A DNA stretch of 64,000 bases from Eledone cirrhosa (lineage: Eukaryota). The stretch is from contig OZ024758.1 in the NCBI GenBank assembly GCA_964016885.1, forward strand, positions 36,022,001 through 36,086,000, written 5' to 3'. Made by a program: the position numbers and the translations under genes. Under the pieces are notes generated by a model, which searched no databases, had not been told where the DNA came from, and saw nothing but the letters and a program-made list of their open reading frames with translations. Shown piece after piece: positions 42,401 to 55,500 of this stretch (positions within the stretch are counted from its first letter, which is position 1; every line of letters begins with the position of its first letter).

Positions 42401-45400
42401 GTAACTCCACTGTTGGTGAGAATTCATTTAAGTTCATGGTACTAGCTGTCAGAAGTAACTCCAATGTTGGTGAGAATTCATTTAAGTCATGGTATTAGCT
42501 GTCAGAAGTAACTCCAATGTTGGTGAGAATTCATTTAAGTTCATGGTATTAGCTGTCAGAAGTCACTCCACTGTTGGTGAGAATTCATTTAAGTTCATGG
42601 TACTAGCTGTCAGAAGTAACCCCAATGTTGGTGAGAATTCATTTAAGTTCATGGTACTAGCTGTCAGAAGTAACTCCACTGTTGGTGAGAATTCATTTAA
42701 GTTCATGGTATTAGCTGTCAGAAGTCACTCCAATGTTGGTGAGAATTCATTTAAGTTCATGGTATTAGCTGTCAGAAGTCACTCCACTGTTGGTGAGAAT
42801 TCATTTAAGTTCATGGTACTAGCTGTCAGAAGTAACCCCAATGTTGTTGAGAATTCATTTAAGTTCATGGTATTAGCTGTCAGAAGTCACTCCAATGTTG
42901 GTGAGAATTCATTTAAGTTCATGGTATTAGCTGTCAGAAGTAACTCCACTGTTGGTGAGAATTCATTTAAGTTCATGGTATTAGCTGTCAGAAGTAACTC
43001 CACTGTTGGTGAGAATTCATTTAAGTTCATGGTATTAGCTGTCAGAAGTAACTCCACTGTTGGTGAGAATTCATTTAAGTTCATGGTATTAGCTGTCAGA
43101 AGGAACGCCACTGTTGGTGAGAATTCATTTAAGTTCATGGTATTAGCTGTCAGAAGTAACTCCACTGTTGGTGAGAATTCATTTAAGTTCATGGTAGTAG
43201 CTGTCAGAAGTAACTCCACTGTTGGTGAGAATTCATTTAAGTTCATGGTATTAGCTGTCAGAAGTCACTCCAATGTTGGTGAGAATTCATTTAAGTTCAT
43301 GGTATTAGCTGTCAGAAGTCACTCCACTGTTGGTGAGAATTCATTTAAGTCATGGTATTAGCTGTCAGAAGTAACTCCAATGTTGGTGAGAATTCATTTA
43401 AGTTCATGGTATTAGCTGTCAGAAGTCACTCCACTGTTGGTGAGAATTCATTTAAGTTCATGGTACTAGCTGTCAGAAGTAACCCCAATGTTGGTGAGAA
43501 TTCATTTAAGTTCATGGTATTAACTGTCAGAAGTCACTCCAATGTTGGTGAGAATTCATTTAAGTTCATGGTATTAGCTGTCAGAAGTAACTCCACTGTT
43601 GGTGAGAATTCATTTAAGTTCATGGTATTAGCTGTCAGAAGTAACTCCACTGTTGGTGAGAATTCATTTAAGTTCATGGTATTAGCTGTCAGAAGTAACT
43701 CCACTGTTGGTGAGAATTCATTTAAGTTCATGGTATTAGCTGTCAGAAGTAACTCCACTGTTGGTGAGAATTCATTTAAGTTCATGGTACTAGCTGTCAG
43801 AAGTAACTCCAATGTTGGTGAGAATTCATTTAAGTTCATGGTATTAGCTGTCAGAAGGAACTCCACTGTTGCTGAGAATTCATTTAAGTTCATGGTATTA
43901 GCTGTCAGAAGTAACTCCACTGTTGGTGAGAATTCATTTAAGTTCATGGTACTAGCTGTCAGAAGTCACTCCACTGTTGGTGAGAATACATTTAAGTTCA
44001 TGGTACTAGCTGTCAGAAGTAACCCCAATGTTGGTGAGAATTCATTTAAGTTCATGGTATTAGCTGTCAGAAGTCACTCCAATGTTGGTGAGAATTCATT
44101 TAAGTTCATGGTATTAGCTGTCAGAAGTAACTCCACTGTTGGTAAGAATTCATTTAAGTTCATGGTATTAGCTGTCAGAAGTAACTCCACTGTTGGTGAG
44201 AATTCATTTAAGTTCATGGTATTAGCTGTCAGAAGGAACGCCACTGTTGGTGAGAATTCATTTAAGTTCATGGTATTAGCTGTCAGAAGTAACTCCACTG
44301 TTGGTGAGAATTCATTTAAGTTAATGGTACTAGCTGTCAGAAGTAACTCCACTGTTGGTGAGAATTCATTTAAGTTCATGGTATTAGCTGTCAGAAGTCA
44401 CTCCAATGTTGGTGAGAATTCATTTAAGTTCATGGTATTAGCTGTCAGAAGTCACTCCACTGTTGGTGAGAATTCATTTAAGTTCATGGTACTAGCTGTC
44501 AGAAGTAACCCCAATGTTGTTGAGAATTCATTTAAGTTCATGGTATTAGCTGTCAGAAGTCACTCCAATGTTGGTGAGAATTCATTTAAGTTCATGGTAT
44601 TAGCTGTCAGAAGTAACTCCACTGTTGGTGAGAATTCATTTAAGTTCATGGTATTAGCTGTCAGAAGTAACTCCACTGTTGGTGAGAATTCATTTAAGTT
44701 CATGGTATTAGCTGTCAGAAGTAACTCCACTGTTGGTGAGAATTCATTTAAGTCATGGTATTAGCTGTCAGAAGTAACTCCAATGTTGGTGAGAATTCAT
44801 TTAAGTTCATGGTATTAGCTGTCAGAAGTCACTCCACTGTTGGTGAGAATTCATTTAAGTTCATGGTACTAGCTGTCAGAAGTAACCCCAATGTTGGTGA
44901 GAATTCATTTAAGTTCATGGTATTAGCTGTCAGAAGTCACTCCAATGTTGGTGCGAATTCATTTAAGTTCATGGTATTAGCTGTCAGAAGTAACTCCACT
45001 GTTGGTGAGAATTCATTTAAGTTCATGGTATTAGCTGTCAGAAGTAACTCCACTGTTGGTGAGAATTCATTTAAGTTCATGGTATTAGCTGTCAGAAGTA
45101 ACTCCACTGTTGGTGAGAATTCATTTAAGTTCATGGTATTAGCTGTCAGAAGGAACTCCAATGTTGGTGAGAATTCATTTAAGTCATGGTACTAGCTGTC
45201 AGAAGTAACTCCACTGTTGGTGAGAATTCATTTAAGTTCATGGTATTAGCTGTCAGAAGGAACGCCACTGTTGGTGAGAATTCATTTAAATTCATGGTAT
45301 TAGCTGTCAGAAGTAACTCCACTGTTGGTGAGAATTCATTTAAGTTCATGGTACTAGCTGTCAGAAGTAACTCCAATGTTGGTGAGAATTCATTTAAGCT

Positions 45401-46587
45401 CATGGTATTAGCTGTCAGAAGTAACTCCACTGTTGGCGAGAATTCATTTAAGTTCATGGTATTAGCTGTCAGAAGTCACTCCAATGTTGGTGAGAATTCA
45501 TTTGAGTCATGGTACTAGCTGTCAGAAGTAACTCCACTGTTGGTGAGAATTCATTTAAGTTCATTGTATTAGCTGTCAGAAGGAACGCCACTGTTGGTGA
45601 GAATTCATTTAAGTTCATGGTATTAGCTGTCAGAAGTAACTGCACTGTTGGTGAGAATTCATTTAAGTTCATGGTACTAGCTGTCAGAAGTAACTCCAAT
45701 GTTGGTGAGAATTCATTTAAGTTCATGGTATTAGCTGTCAGAAGGAACTCCACTGTTGCTGAGAATTCATTTAAGTTCATGGTATTAGCTGTCAGAAGTA
45801 ACTCCACTGTTGGTGAGAATTCATTTAAGTTCATGGTACTAGCTGTCAGAAGTCACTCCACTGTTGGTGAGAATACATTTAAGTTCATGGTACTAGCTGT
45901 CAGAAGTAACCCCAATGTTGGTGAGAATTCATTTAAGTTCATGGTATTAGCTGTCAGAAGTAACTCCACTGTTGGTGAGAATTCATTTAAGTTCATGGTA
46001 CTAGCTGTCAGAAGTAACTCCAATGTTGGTGAGAATTCATTTAAGTCATGGTATTAGCTGTCAGAAGTAACTCCAATGTTGGTGAGAATTCATTTAAGTT
46101 CATGGTATTAGCTGTCAGAAGTCACTCCACTGTTGGTGAGAATTCATTTAAGTTCATGGTACTAGCTGTCAGAAGTAACCCCAATGTTGGTGAGAATTCA
46201 TTTAAGTTCATGGTACTAGCTGTCAGAAGTAACTCCACTGTTGGTGAGAATTCATTTAAGTTCATGGTATTAGCTGTCAGAAGTCACTCCAATGTTGGTG
46301 AGAATTCATTTAAGTTCATGGTATTAGCTGTCAGAAGTCACTCCACTGTTGGTGAGAATTCATTTAAGTTCATGGTACTAGCTGTCAGAAGTAACTCCAA
46401 TGTTGTTGAGAATTCATTTAAGTTCATGGTATTAGCTGTCAGAAGTCACTCCAATGTTGGTGAGAATTCATTTAAGTTCATGGTATTAGCTGTCAGAAGT
46501 AACTCCACTGTTGGTGAGAATTCATTTAAGTTCATGGTATTAGCTGTCAGAAGTAACTCCACTGTTGGTGAGAATTCATTTAAGTTC
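39470..46587. repeat. Tandem duplication of a 3559-bp (66-monomer) segment: ~39470-43028 and ~43029-46587
   Basis: Offsets 39793/43352, 41196/44755, 41627/45186, 41950/45509 and 42489/46048 equal 3559 = 66x54-5. Shared rare variants TTAACTG, AAGTTAATG, GTTGTTGAG and GGTGCG. Confidence 0.93.
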
Positions 46588-49500
46588 ATGGTATTAGCTG
46601 TCAGAAGTAACTCCACTGTTGGTGAGCATTCATTTAAGTCATGGTATTAGCTGTCAGAAGTAACTCCAATGTTGGTGAGAATTCATTTAAGTTCATGGTA
46701 TTAGCTGTCAGAAGTCACTCCACTGTTGGTGAGAATTCATTTAAGTTCATGGTACTAGCTGTCAGAAGTAACCCCAATGTTGGTGAGAATTCATTTAAGT
46801 TCATGGTATTAGCTGTCAGAAGTCACTCCAATGTTGGTGAGAATTCATTTAAGTTCATGGTATTAGCTGTCAGAAGTAACTCCACTGTTGGTGAGAATTC
46901 ATTTAAGTTCATGGTATTAGCTGTCAGAAGTAACTCCACTGTTGGTGAGAATTCATTTAAGTTCATGGTATTAGCTGTCAGAAGTAACTCCACTGTTGGT
47001 GAGAATTCATTTAAGTTCATGGTATTAGCTGTCAGAAGGAACTCCAATGTTGGTGAGAATTCATTTAAGTCATGGTACTAGCTGTCAGAAGTAACTCCAC
47101 TGTTGGTGAGAATTCATTTAAGTTCATGGTATTAGCTGTCAGAAGGAACGCCACTGTTGGTGAGAATTCATTTAAATTCATGGTATTAGCTGTCAGAAGT
47201 AACTCCACTGTTGGTGAGAATTCATTTAAGTTCATGGTACTAGCTGTCAGAAGTAACTCCAATGTTGGTGAGAATTCATTTAAGCTCATGGTATTAGCTG
47301 TCAGAAGTAACTCCACTGTTGGCGAGAATTCATTTAAGTTCATGGTATTAGCTGTCAGAAGTCACTCCAATGTTGGTGAGAATTCATTTGAGTCATGGTA
47401 CTAGCTGTCAGAAGTAACTCCACTGTTGGTGAGAATTCATTTAAGTTCATTGTATTAGCTGTCAGAAGGAACGCCACTGTTGGTGAGAATTCATTTAAGT
47501 TCATGGTATTAGCTGTCAGAAGTAACTCCACTGTTGGTGAGAATTCATTTAAGTTCATGGTACTAGCTGTCAGAAGTCACTCCACTGTTGGTGAGAATAC
47601 ATTTAAGTTCATGGTACTAGCTGTCAGAAGTAACCCCAATGTTGGTGAGAATTCATTTAAGTTCATGGTATTAGCTGTCAGAAGTAACTCCACTGTTGGT
47701 GAGAATTCATTTAAGTTCATGGTACTAGCTGTCAGAAGTAACTCCAATGTTGGTGAGAATTCATTTAAGTCATGGTATTAGCTGTCAGAAGTAACTCCAA
47801 TGTTGGTGAGAATTCATTTAAGTTCATGGTATTAGCTGTCAGAAGTCACTCCACTGTTGGTGAGAATTCATTTAAGTTCATGGTACTAGCTGTCAGAAGT
47901 AACCCCAATGTTGGTGAGAATTCATTTAAGTTCATGGTACTAGCTGTCAGAAGTAACTCCACTGTTGGTGAGAATTCATTTAAGTTCATGGTATTAGCTG
48001 TCAGAAGTCACTCCAATGTTGGTGAGAATTCATTTAAGTTCATGGTATTAGCTGTCAGAAGTCACTCCACTGTTGGTGAGAATTCATTTAAGTTCATGGT
48101 ACTAGCTGTCAGAAGTAACCCCAATGTTGTTGAGAATTCATTTAAGTTCATGGTATTAGCTGTCAGAAGTCACTCCAATGTTGGTGAGAATTCATTTAAG
48201 TTCATGGTATTAGCTGTCAGAAGTAACTCCACTGTTGGTGAGAATTCATTTAAGTTCATGGTATTAGCTGTCAGAAGTAACTCCACTGTTGGTGAGAATT
48301 CATTTAAGTTCATGGTATTAGCTGTCAGAAGTAACTCCACTGTTGGTGAGAATTCATTTAAGTCATGGTATTAGCTGTCAGAAGTAACTCCAATGTTGGT
48401 GAGAATTCATTTAAGTTCATGGTATTAGCTGTCAGAAGTCACTCCACTGTTGGTGAGAATTCATTTAAGTTCATGGTACTAGCTGTCAGAAGTAACCCCA
48501 ATGTTGGTGAGAATTCATTTAAGTTCATGGTATTAGCTGTCAGAAGTCACTCCAATGTTGGTGAGAATTCATTTAAGTTCATGGTATTAGCTGTCAGAAG
48601 TAACTCCACTGTTGGTGAGAATTCATTTAAGTTCATGGTATTAGCTGTCAGAAGTAACTCCACTGTTGGTGAGAATTCATTTAAGTTCATGGTATTAGCT
48701 GTCAGAAGTAACTCCACTGTTGGTGAGAATTCATTTAAGTTCATGGTATTAGCTGTCAGAAGGAACTCCAATGTTGGTGAGAATTCATTTAAGTCATGGT
48801 ACTAGCTGTCAGAAGTAACTCCACTGTTGGTGAGAATTCATTTAAGTTCATGGTATTAGCTGTCAGAAGGAACGCCACTGTTGGTGAGAATTCATTTAAA
48901 TTCATGGTATTAGCTGTCAGAAGTAACTCCACTGTTGGTGAGAATTCATTTAAGTTCATGGTACTAGCTGTCAGAAGTAACTCCAATGTTGGTGAGAATT
49001 CATTTAAGCTCATGGTATTAGCTGTCAGAAGTAACTCCACTGTTGGCGAGAATTCATTTAAGTTCATGGTATTAGCTGTCAGAAGTCACTGCAATGTTGG
49101 TGAGAATTCATTTGAGTCATGGTACTAGCTGTCAGAAGTAACTCCACTGTTGGTGAGAATTCATTTAAGTTCATTGTATTAGCTGTCAGAAGGAACGCCA
49201 CTGTTGGTGAGAATTCATTTAAGTTCATGGTACTAGCTGTCAGAAGTCACTCCACTGTTGGTGAGAATACATTTAAGTTCATGGTACTAGCTGTCAGAAG
49301 TAACCCCAATGTTGGTGAGAATTCATTTAAGTTCATGGTATTAGCTGTCAGAAGGAACGCCACTGTTGGTGAGAATTCATTTAAGTTCATGGTATTAGCT
49401 GTCAGAAGTAACTCCACTGTTGGTGAGAATTCATTTAAGTTCATGGTACTAGCTGTCAGAAGTAACTCCAATGTTGGTGAGAATTCATTTAAGTTCATGG

Positions 49501-52500
49501 TATTAGCTGTCAGAAGGAACTCCACTGTTGCTGAGAATTCATTTAAGTTCATGGTATTAGCTGTCAGAAGTAACTCCACTGTTGGTGAGAATTCATTTAA
49601 GTTCATGGTACTAGCTGTCAGAAGTCACTCCACTGTTGGTGAGAATACATTTAAGTTCATGGTACTAGCTGTCAGAAGTAACCCCAATGTTGGTGAGAAT
49701 TCATTTAAGTTCATGGTATTAGCTGTCAGAAGTAACTCCACTGTTGGTGAGAATTCATTTAAGTTCATGGTACTAGCTGTCAGAAGTAACTCCAATGTTG
49801 GTGAGAATTCATTTAAGTCATGGTATTAGCTGTCAGAAGTAACTCCAATGTTGGTGAGAATTCATTTAAGTTCATGGTACTAGCTGTCAGAAGTAACTCC
49901 ACTGTTGGTGAGAATTCATTTAAGTTCATGGTACTAGCTGTCAGAAGTAACCCCAATGTTGGTGAGAATTCATTTAAGTTCATTGTATTAGCTGTCAGAA
50001 GGAACGCCACTGTTGGTGAGAATTCATTTAAGTTCATGGTATTAGCTGTCAGAAGTAACTCCACTGCTGGTGAGAATTCATTTAAGTTCATGGTACTAGC
50101 TGTCAGAAGTAACTCCAATGTTGGTGAGAATTCATTTAAGTTCATGGTATTAGCTGTCAGAAGGAACTCCACTGTTGCTGAGAATTCATTTAAGTTCATG
50201 GTATTAGCTGTCAGAAGTAACTCCACTGTTGGTGAGAATTCATTTAAGTTCATGGTACTAGCTGTCAGAAGTCACTCCACTGTTGGTGAGAATACATTTA
50301 AGTTCATGGTACTAGCTGTCAGAAGTAACCCCAATGTTGGTGAGAATTCATTTAAGTTCATGGTATTAGCTGTCAGAAGTAACTCCACTGTTGGTGAGAA
50401 TTCATTTAAGTTCATGGTACTAGCTGTCAGAAGTAACTCCAATGTTGGTGAGAATTCATTTAAGTCATGGTATTAGCTGTCAGAAGTAACTCCAATGTTG
50501 GTGAGAATTCATTTAAGTTCATGGTATTAGCTGTCAGAAGTCACTCCACTGTTGGTGAGAATTCATTTAAGTTCATGGTACTAGCTGTCAGAAGTAACCC
50601 CAATGTTGGTGAGAATTCATTTAAGTTCATGGTACTAGCTGTCAGAAGTAACTCCACTGTTGGTGAGAATTCATTTAAGTTCATGGTATTAGCTGTCAGA
50701 AGTCACTCCAATGTTGGTGAGAATTCATTTAAGTTCATGGTATTAGCTGTCAGAAGTCACTCCACTGTTGGTGAGAATTCATTTAAGTTCATGGTACTAG
50801 CTGTCAGAAGTAACCCCAATGTTGTTGAGAATTCATTTAAGTTCATGGTATTAGCTGTCAGAAGTCACTCCAATGTTGGTGAGAATTCATTTAAGTTCAT
50901 GGTATTAGCTGTCAGAAGTAACTCCACTGTTGGTGAGAATTCATTTAAGTTCATGGTATTAGCTGTCAGAAGTAACTCCACTGTTGGTGAGAATTCATTT
51001 AAGTTCATGGTATTAGCTGTCAGAAGTAACTCCACTGTTGGTGAGAATTCATTTAAGTCATGGTATTAGCTGTCAGAAGTAACTCCAATGTTGGTGAGAA
51101 TTCATTTAAGTTCATGGTATTAGCTGTCAGAAGTCACTCCACTGTTGGTGAGAATTCATTTAAGTTCATGGTACTAGCTGTCAGAAGTAACCCCAATGTT
51201 GGTGAGAATTCATTTAAGTTCATGGTATTAGCTGTCAGAAGTCACTCCAATGTTGGTGAGAATTCATTTAAGTTCATGGTATTAGCTGTCAGAAGTAACT
51301 CCACTGTTGGTGAGAATTCATTTAAGTTCATGGTATTAGCTGTCAGAAGTAACTCCACTGTTGGTGAGAATTCATTTAAGTTCATGGTATTAGCTGTCAG
51401 AAGTAACTCCACTGTTGGTGAGAATTCATTTAAGTTCATGGTATTAGCTGTCAGAAGGAACTCCAATGTTGGTGAGAATTCATTTAAGTCATGGTACTAG
51501 CTGTCAGAAGTAACTCCACTGTTGGTGAGAATTCATTTAAGTTCATGGTATTAGCTGTCAGAAGGAACGCCACTGTTGGTGAGAATTCATTTAAATTCAT
51601 GGTATTAGCTGTCAGAAGTAACTCCACTGTTGGTGAGAATTCATTTAAGTTCATGGTACTAGCTGTCAGAAGTAACTCCAATGTTGGTGAGAATTCATTT
51701 AAGTTCATGGTACTAGCTGTCAGAAGTAACTCCACTGTTGGTGAGAATTCATTTAAGTTCATGGTACTAGCTGTCAGAAGTAACCCCAATGTTGGTGAGA
51801 ATTCATTTAAGTTCATTGTATTAGCTGTCAGAAGGAACGCCACTGTTGGTGAGAATTCATTTAAGTTCATGGTATTAGCTGTCAGAAGTAACTCCACTGT
51901 TGGTGAGAATTCATTTAAGTTCATGGTACTAGCTGTCAGAAGTAACTCCAATGTTGGTGAGAATTCATTTAAGTTCATGGTATTAGCTGTCAGAAGGAAC
52001 TCCACTGTTGCTGAGAATTCATTTAAGTTCATGGTATTAGCTGTCAGAAGTAACTCCACTGTTGGTGAGAATTCATTTAAGTTCATGGTACTAGCTGTCA
52101 GAAGTCACTCCACTGTTGGTGAGAATACATTTAAGTTCATGGTACTAGCTGTCAGAAGTAACCCCAATGTTGGTGAGAATTCATTTAAGTTCATGGTATT
52201 AGCTGTCAGAAGTAACTCCACTGTTGGTGAGAATTCATTTAAGTTCATGGTACTAGCTGTCAGAAGTAACTCCAATGTTGGTGAGAATTCATTTAAGTCA
52301 TGGTATTAGCTGTCAGAAGTAACTCCAATGTTGGTGAGAATTCATTTAAGTTCATGGTATTAGCTGTCAGAAGTCACTCCACTGTTGGTGAGAATTCATT
52401 TAAGTTCATGGTACTAGCTGTCAGAAGTAACCCCAATGTTGGTGAGAATTCATTTAAGTTCATGGTACTAGCTGTCAGAAGTAACTCCACTGTTGGTGAG

Positions 52501-55500
52501 AATTCATTTAAGTTCATGGTATTAGCTGTCAGAAGTCACTCCAATGTTGGTGAGAATTCATTTAAGTTCATGGTATTAGCTGTCAGAAGTCACTCCACTG
52601 TTGGTGAGAATTCATTTAAGTTCATGGTACTAGCTGTCAGAAGTAACCCCAATGTTGTTGAGAATTCATTTAAGTTCATGGTATTAGCTGTCAGAAGTCA
52701 CTCCAATGTTGGTGAGAATTCATTTAAGTTCATGGTATTAGCTGTCAGAAGTAACTCCACTGTTGGTGAGAATTCATTTAAGTTCATGGTATTAGCTGTC
52801 AGAAGTAACTCCACTGTTGGTGAGAATTCATTTAAGTTCATGGTATTAGCTGTCAGAAGTAACTCCACTGTTGGTGAGAATTCATTTAAGTCATGGTATT
52901 AGCTGTCAGAAGTAACTCCAATGTTGGTGAGAATTCATTTAAGTTCATGGTATTAGCTGTCAGAAGTCACTCCACTGTTGGTGAGAATTCATTTAAGTTC
53001 ATGGTACTAGCTGTCAGAAGTAACCCCAATGTTGGTGAGAATTCATTTAAGTTCATGGTATTAGCTGTCAGAAGTCACTCCAATGTTGGTGAGAATTCAT
53101 TTAAGTTCATGGTATTAGCTGTCAGAAGTAACTCCACTGTTGGTGAGAATTCATTTAAGTTCATGGTATTAGCTGTCAGAAGTAACTCCACTGTTGGTGA
53201 GAATTCATTTAAGTTCATGGTATTAGCTGTCAGAAGTAACTCCACTGTTGGTGAGAATTCATTTAAGTTCATGGTATTAGCTGTCAGAAGGAACTCCAAT
53301 GTTGGTGAGAATTCATTTAAGTCATGGTACTAGCTGTCAGAAGTAACTCCACTGTTGGTGAGAATTCATTTAAGTTCATGGTATTAGCTGTCAGAAGGAA
53401 CGCCACTGTTGGTGAGAATTCATTTAAATTCATGGTATTAGCTGTCAGAAGTAACTCCACTGTTGGTGAGAATTCATTTAAGTTCATGGTACTAGCTGTC
53501 AGAAGTAACTCCAATGTTGGTGAGAATTCATTTAAGCTCATGGTATTAGCTGTCAGAAGTAACTCCACTGTTGGCGAGAATTCATTTAAGTTCATGGTAT
53601 TAGCTGTCAGAAGTCACTCCAATGTTGGTGAGAATTCATTTGAGTCATGGTACTAGCTGTCAGAAGTAACTCCACTGTTGGTGAGAATTCATTTAAGTTC
53701 ATTGTATTAGCTGTCAGAAGGAACGCCACTGTTGGTGAGAATTCATTTAAGTTCATGGTATTAGCTGTCAGAAGTAACTCCACTGTTGGTGAGAATTCAT
53801 TTAAGTTCATGGTACTAGCTGTCAGAAGTCACTCCACTGTTGGTGAGAATACATTTAAGTTCATGGTACTAGCTGTCAGAAGTAACCCCAATGTTGGTGA
53901 GAATTCATTTAAGTTCATGGTATTAGCTGTCAGAAGTAACTCCACTGTTGGTGAGAATTCATTTAAGTTCATGGTACTAGCTGTCAGAAGTAACTCCAAT
54001 GTTGGTGAGAATTCATTTAAGTCATGGTATTAGCTGTCAGAAGTAACTCCAATGTTGGTGAGAATTCATTTAAGTCATGGTATTAGCTGTCAGAAGTAAC
54101 TCCAATGTTGGTGAGAATTCATTTAAGTTCATGGTATTAGCTGTCAGAAGTAACTCCACTGTTGGTGAGAATTCATTTAAGTTCATGGTATTAGCTGTCA
54201 GAAGTAACTCCACTGTTGGTGAGAATTCATTTAAGTCATGGTATTAGCTGTCAGAAGTAACTCCAATGTTGGTGAGAATTCATTTAAGTTCATGGTATTA
54301 GCTGTCAGAAGTCACTCCACTGTTGGTGAGAATTCATTTAAGTTCATGGTACTAGCTGTCAGAAGTAACCCCAATGTTGGTGAGAATTCATTTAAGTTCA
54401 TGGTATTAGCTGTCAGAAGTCACTCCAATGTTGGTGAGAATTCATTTAAGTTCATGGTATTAGCTGTCAGAAGTAACTCCACTGTTGGTGAGAATTCATT
54501 TAAGTTCATGGTATTAGCTGTCAGAAGTAACTCCACTGTTGGTGAGAATTCATTTAAGTTCATGGTATTAGCTGTCAGAAGTAACTCCACTGTTGGTGAG
54601 AATTCATTTAAGTTCATGGTATTAGCTGTCAGAAGGAACTCCAATGTTGGTGAGAATTCATTTAAGTCATGGTACTAGCTGTCAGAAGTAACTCCACTGT
54701 TGGTGAGAATTCATTTAAGTTCATGGTATTAGCTGTCAGAAGGAACGCCACTGTTGGTGAGAATTCATTTAAATTCATGGTATTAGCTGTCAGAAGTAAC
54801 TCCACTGTTGGTGAGAATTCATTTAAGTTCATGGTACTAGCTGTCAGAAGTAACTCCAATGTTGGTGAGAATTCATTTAAGCTCATGGTATTAGCTGTCA
54901 GAAGTAACTCCACTGTTGGCGAGAATTCATTTAAGTTCATGGTATTAGCTGTCAGAAGTCACTCCAATGTTGGTGAGAATTCATTTGAGTCATGGTACTA
55001 GCTGTCAGAAGTAACTCCACTGTTGGTGAGAATTCATTTAAGTTCATTGTATTAGCTGTCAGAAGGAACGCCACTGTTGGTGAGAATTCATTTAAGTTCA
55101 TGGTATTAGCTGTCAGAAGTAACTCCACTGTTGGTGAGAATTCATTTAAGTTCATGGTACTAGCTGTCAGAAGTCACTCCACTGTTGGTGAGAATACATT
55201 TAAGTTCATGGTACTAGCTGTCAGAAGTAACCCCAATGTTGGTGAGAATTCATTTAAGTTCATGGTATTAGCTGTCAGAAGTAACTCCACTGTTGGTGAG
55301 AATTCATTTAAGTTCATGGTACTAGCTGTCAGAAGTAACTCCAATGTTGGTGAGAATTCATTTAAGTCATGGTATTAGCTGTCAGAAGTAACTCCAATGT
55401 TGGTGAGAATTCATTTAAGTTCATGGTATTAGCTGTCAGAAGTCACTCCACTGTTGGTGAGAATTCATTTAAGTTCATGGTACTAGCTGTCAGAAGTAAC

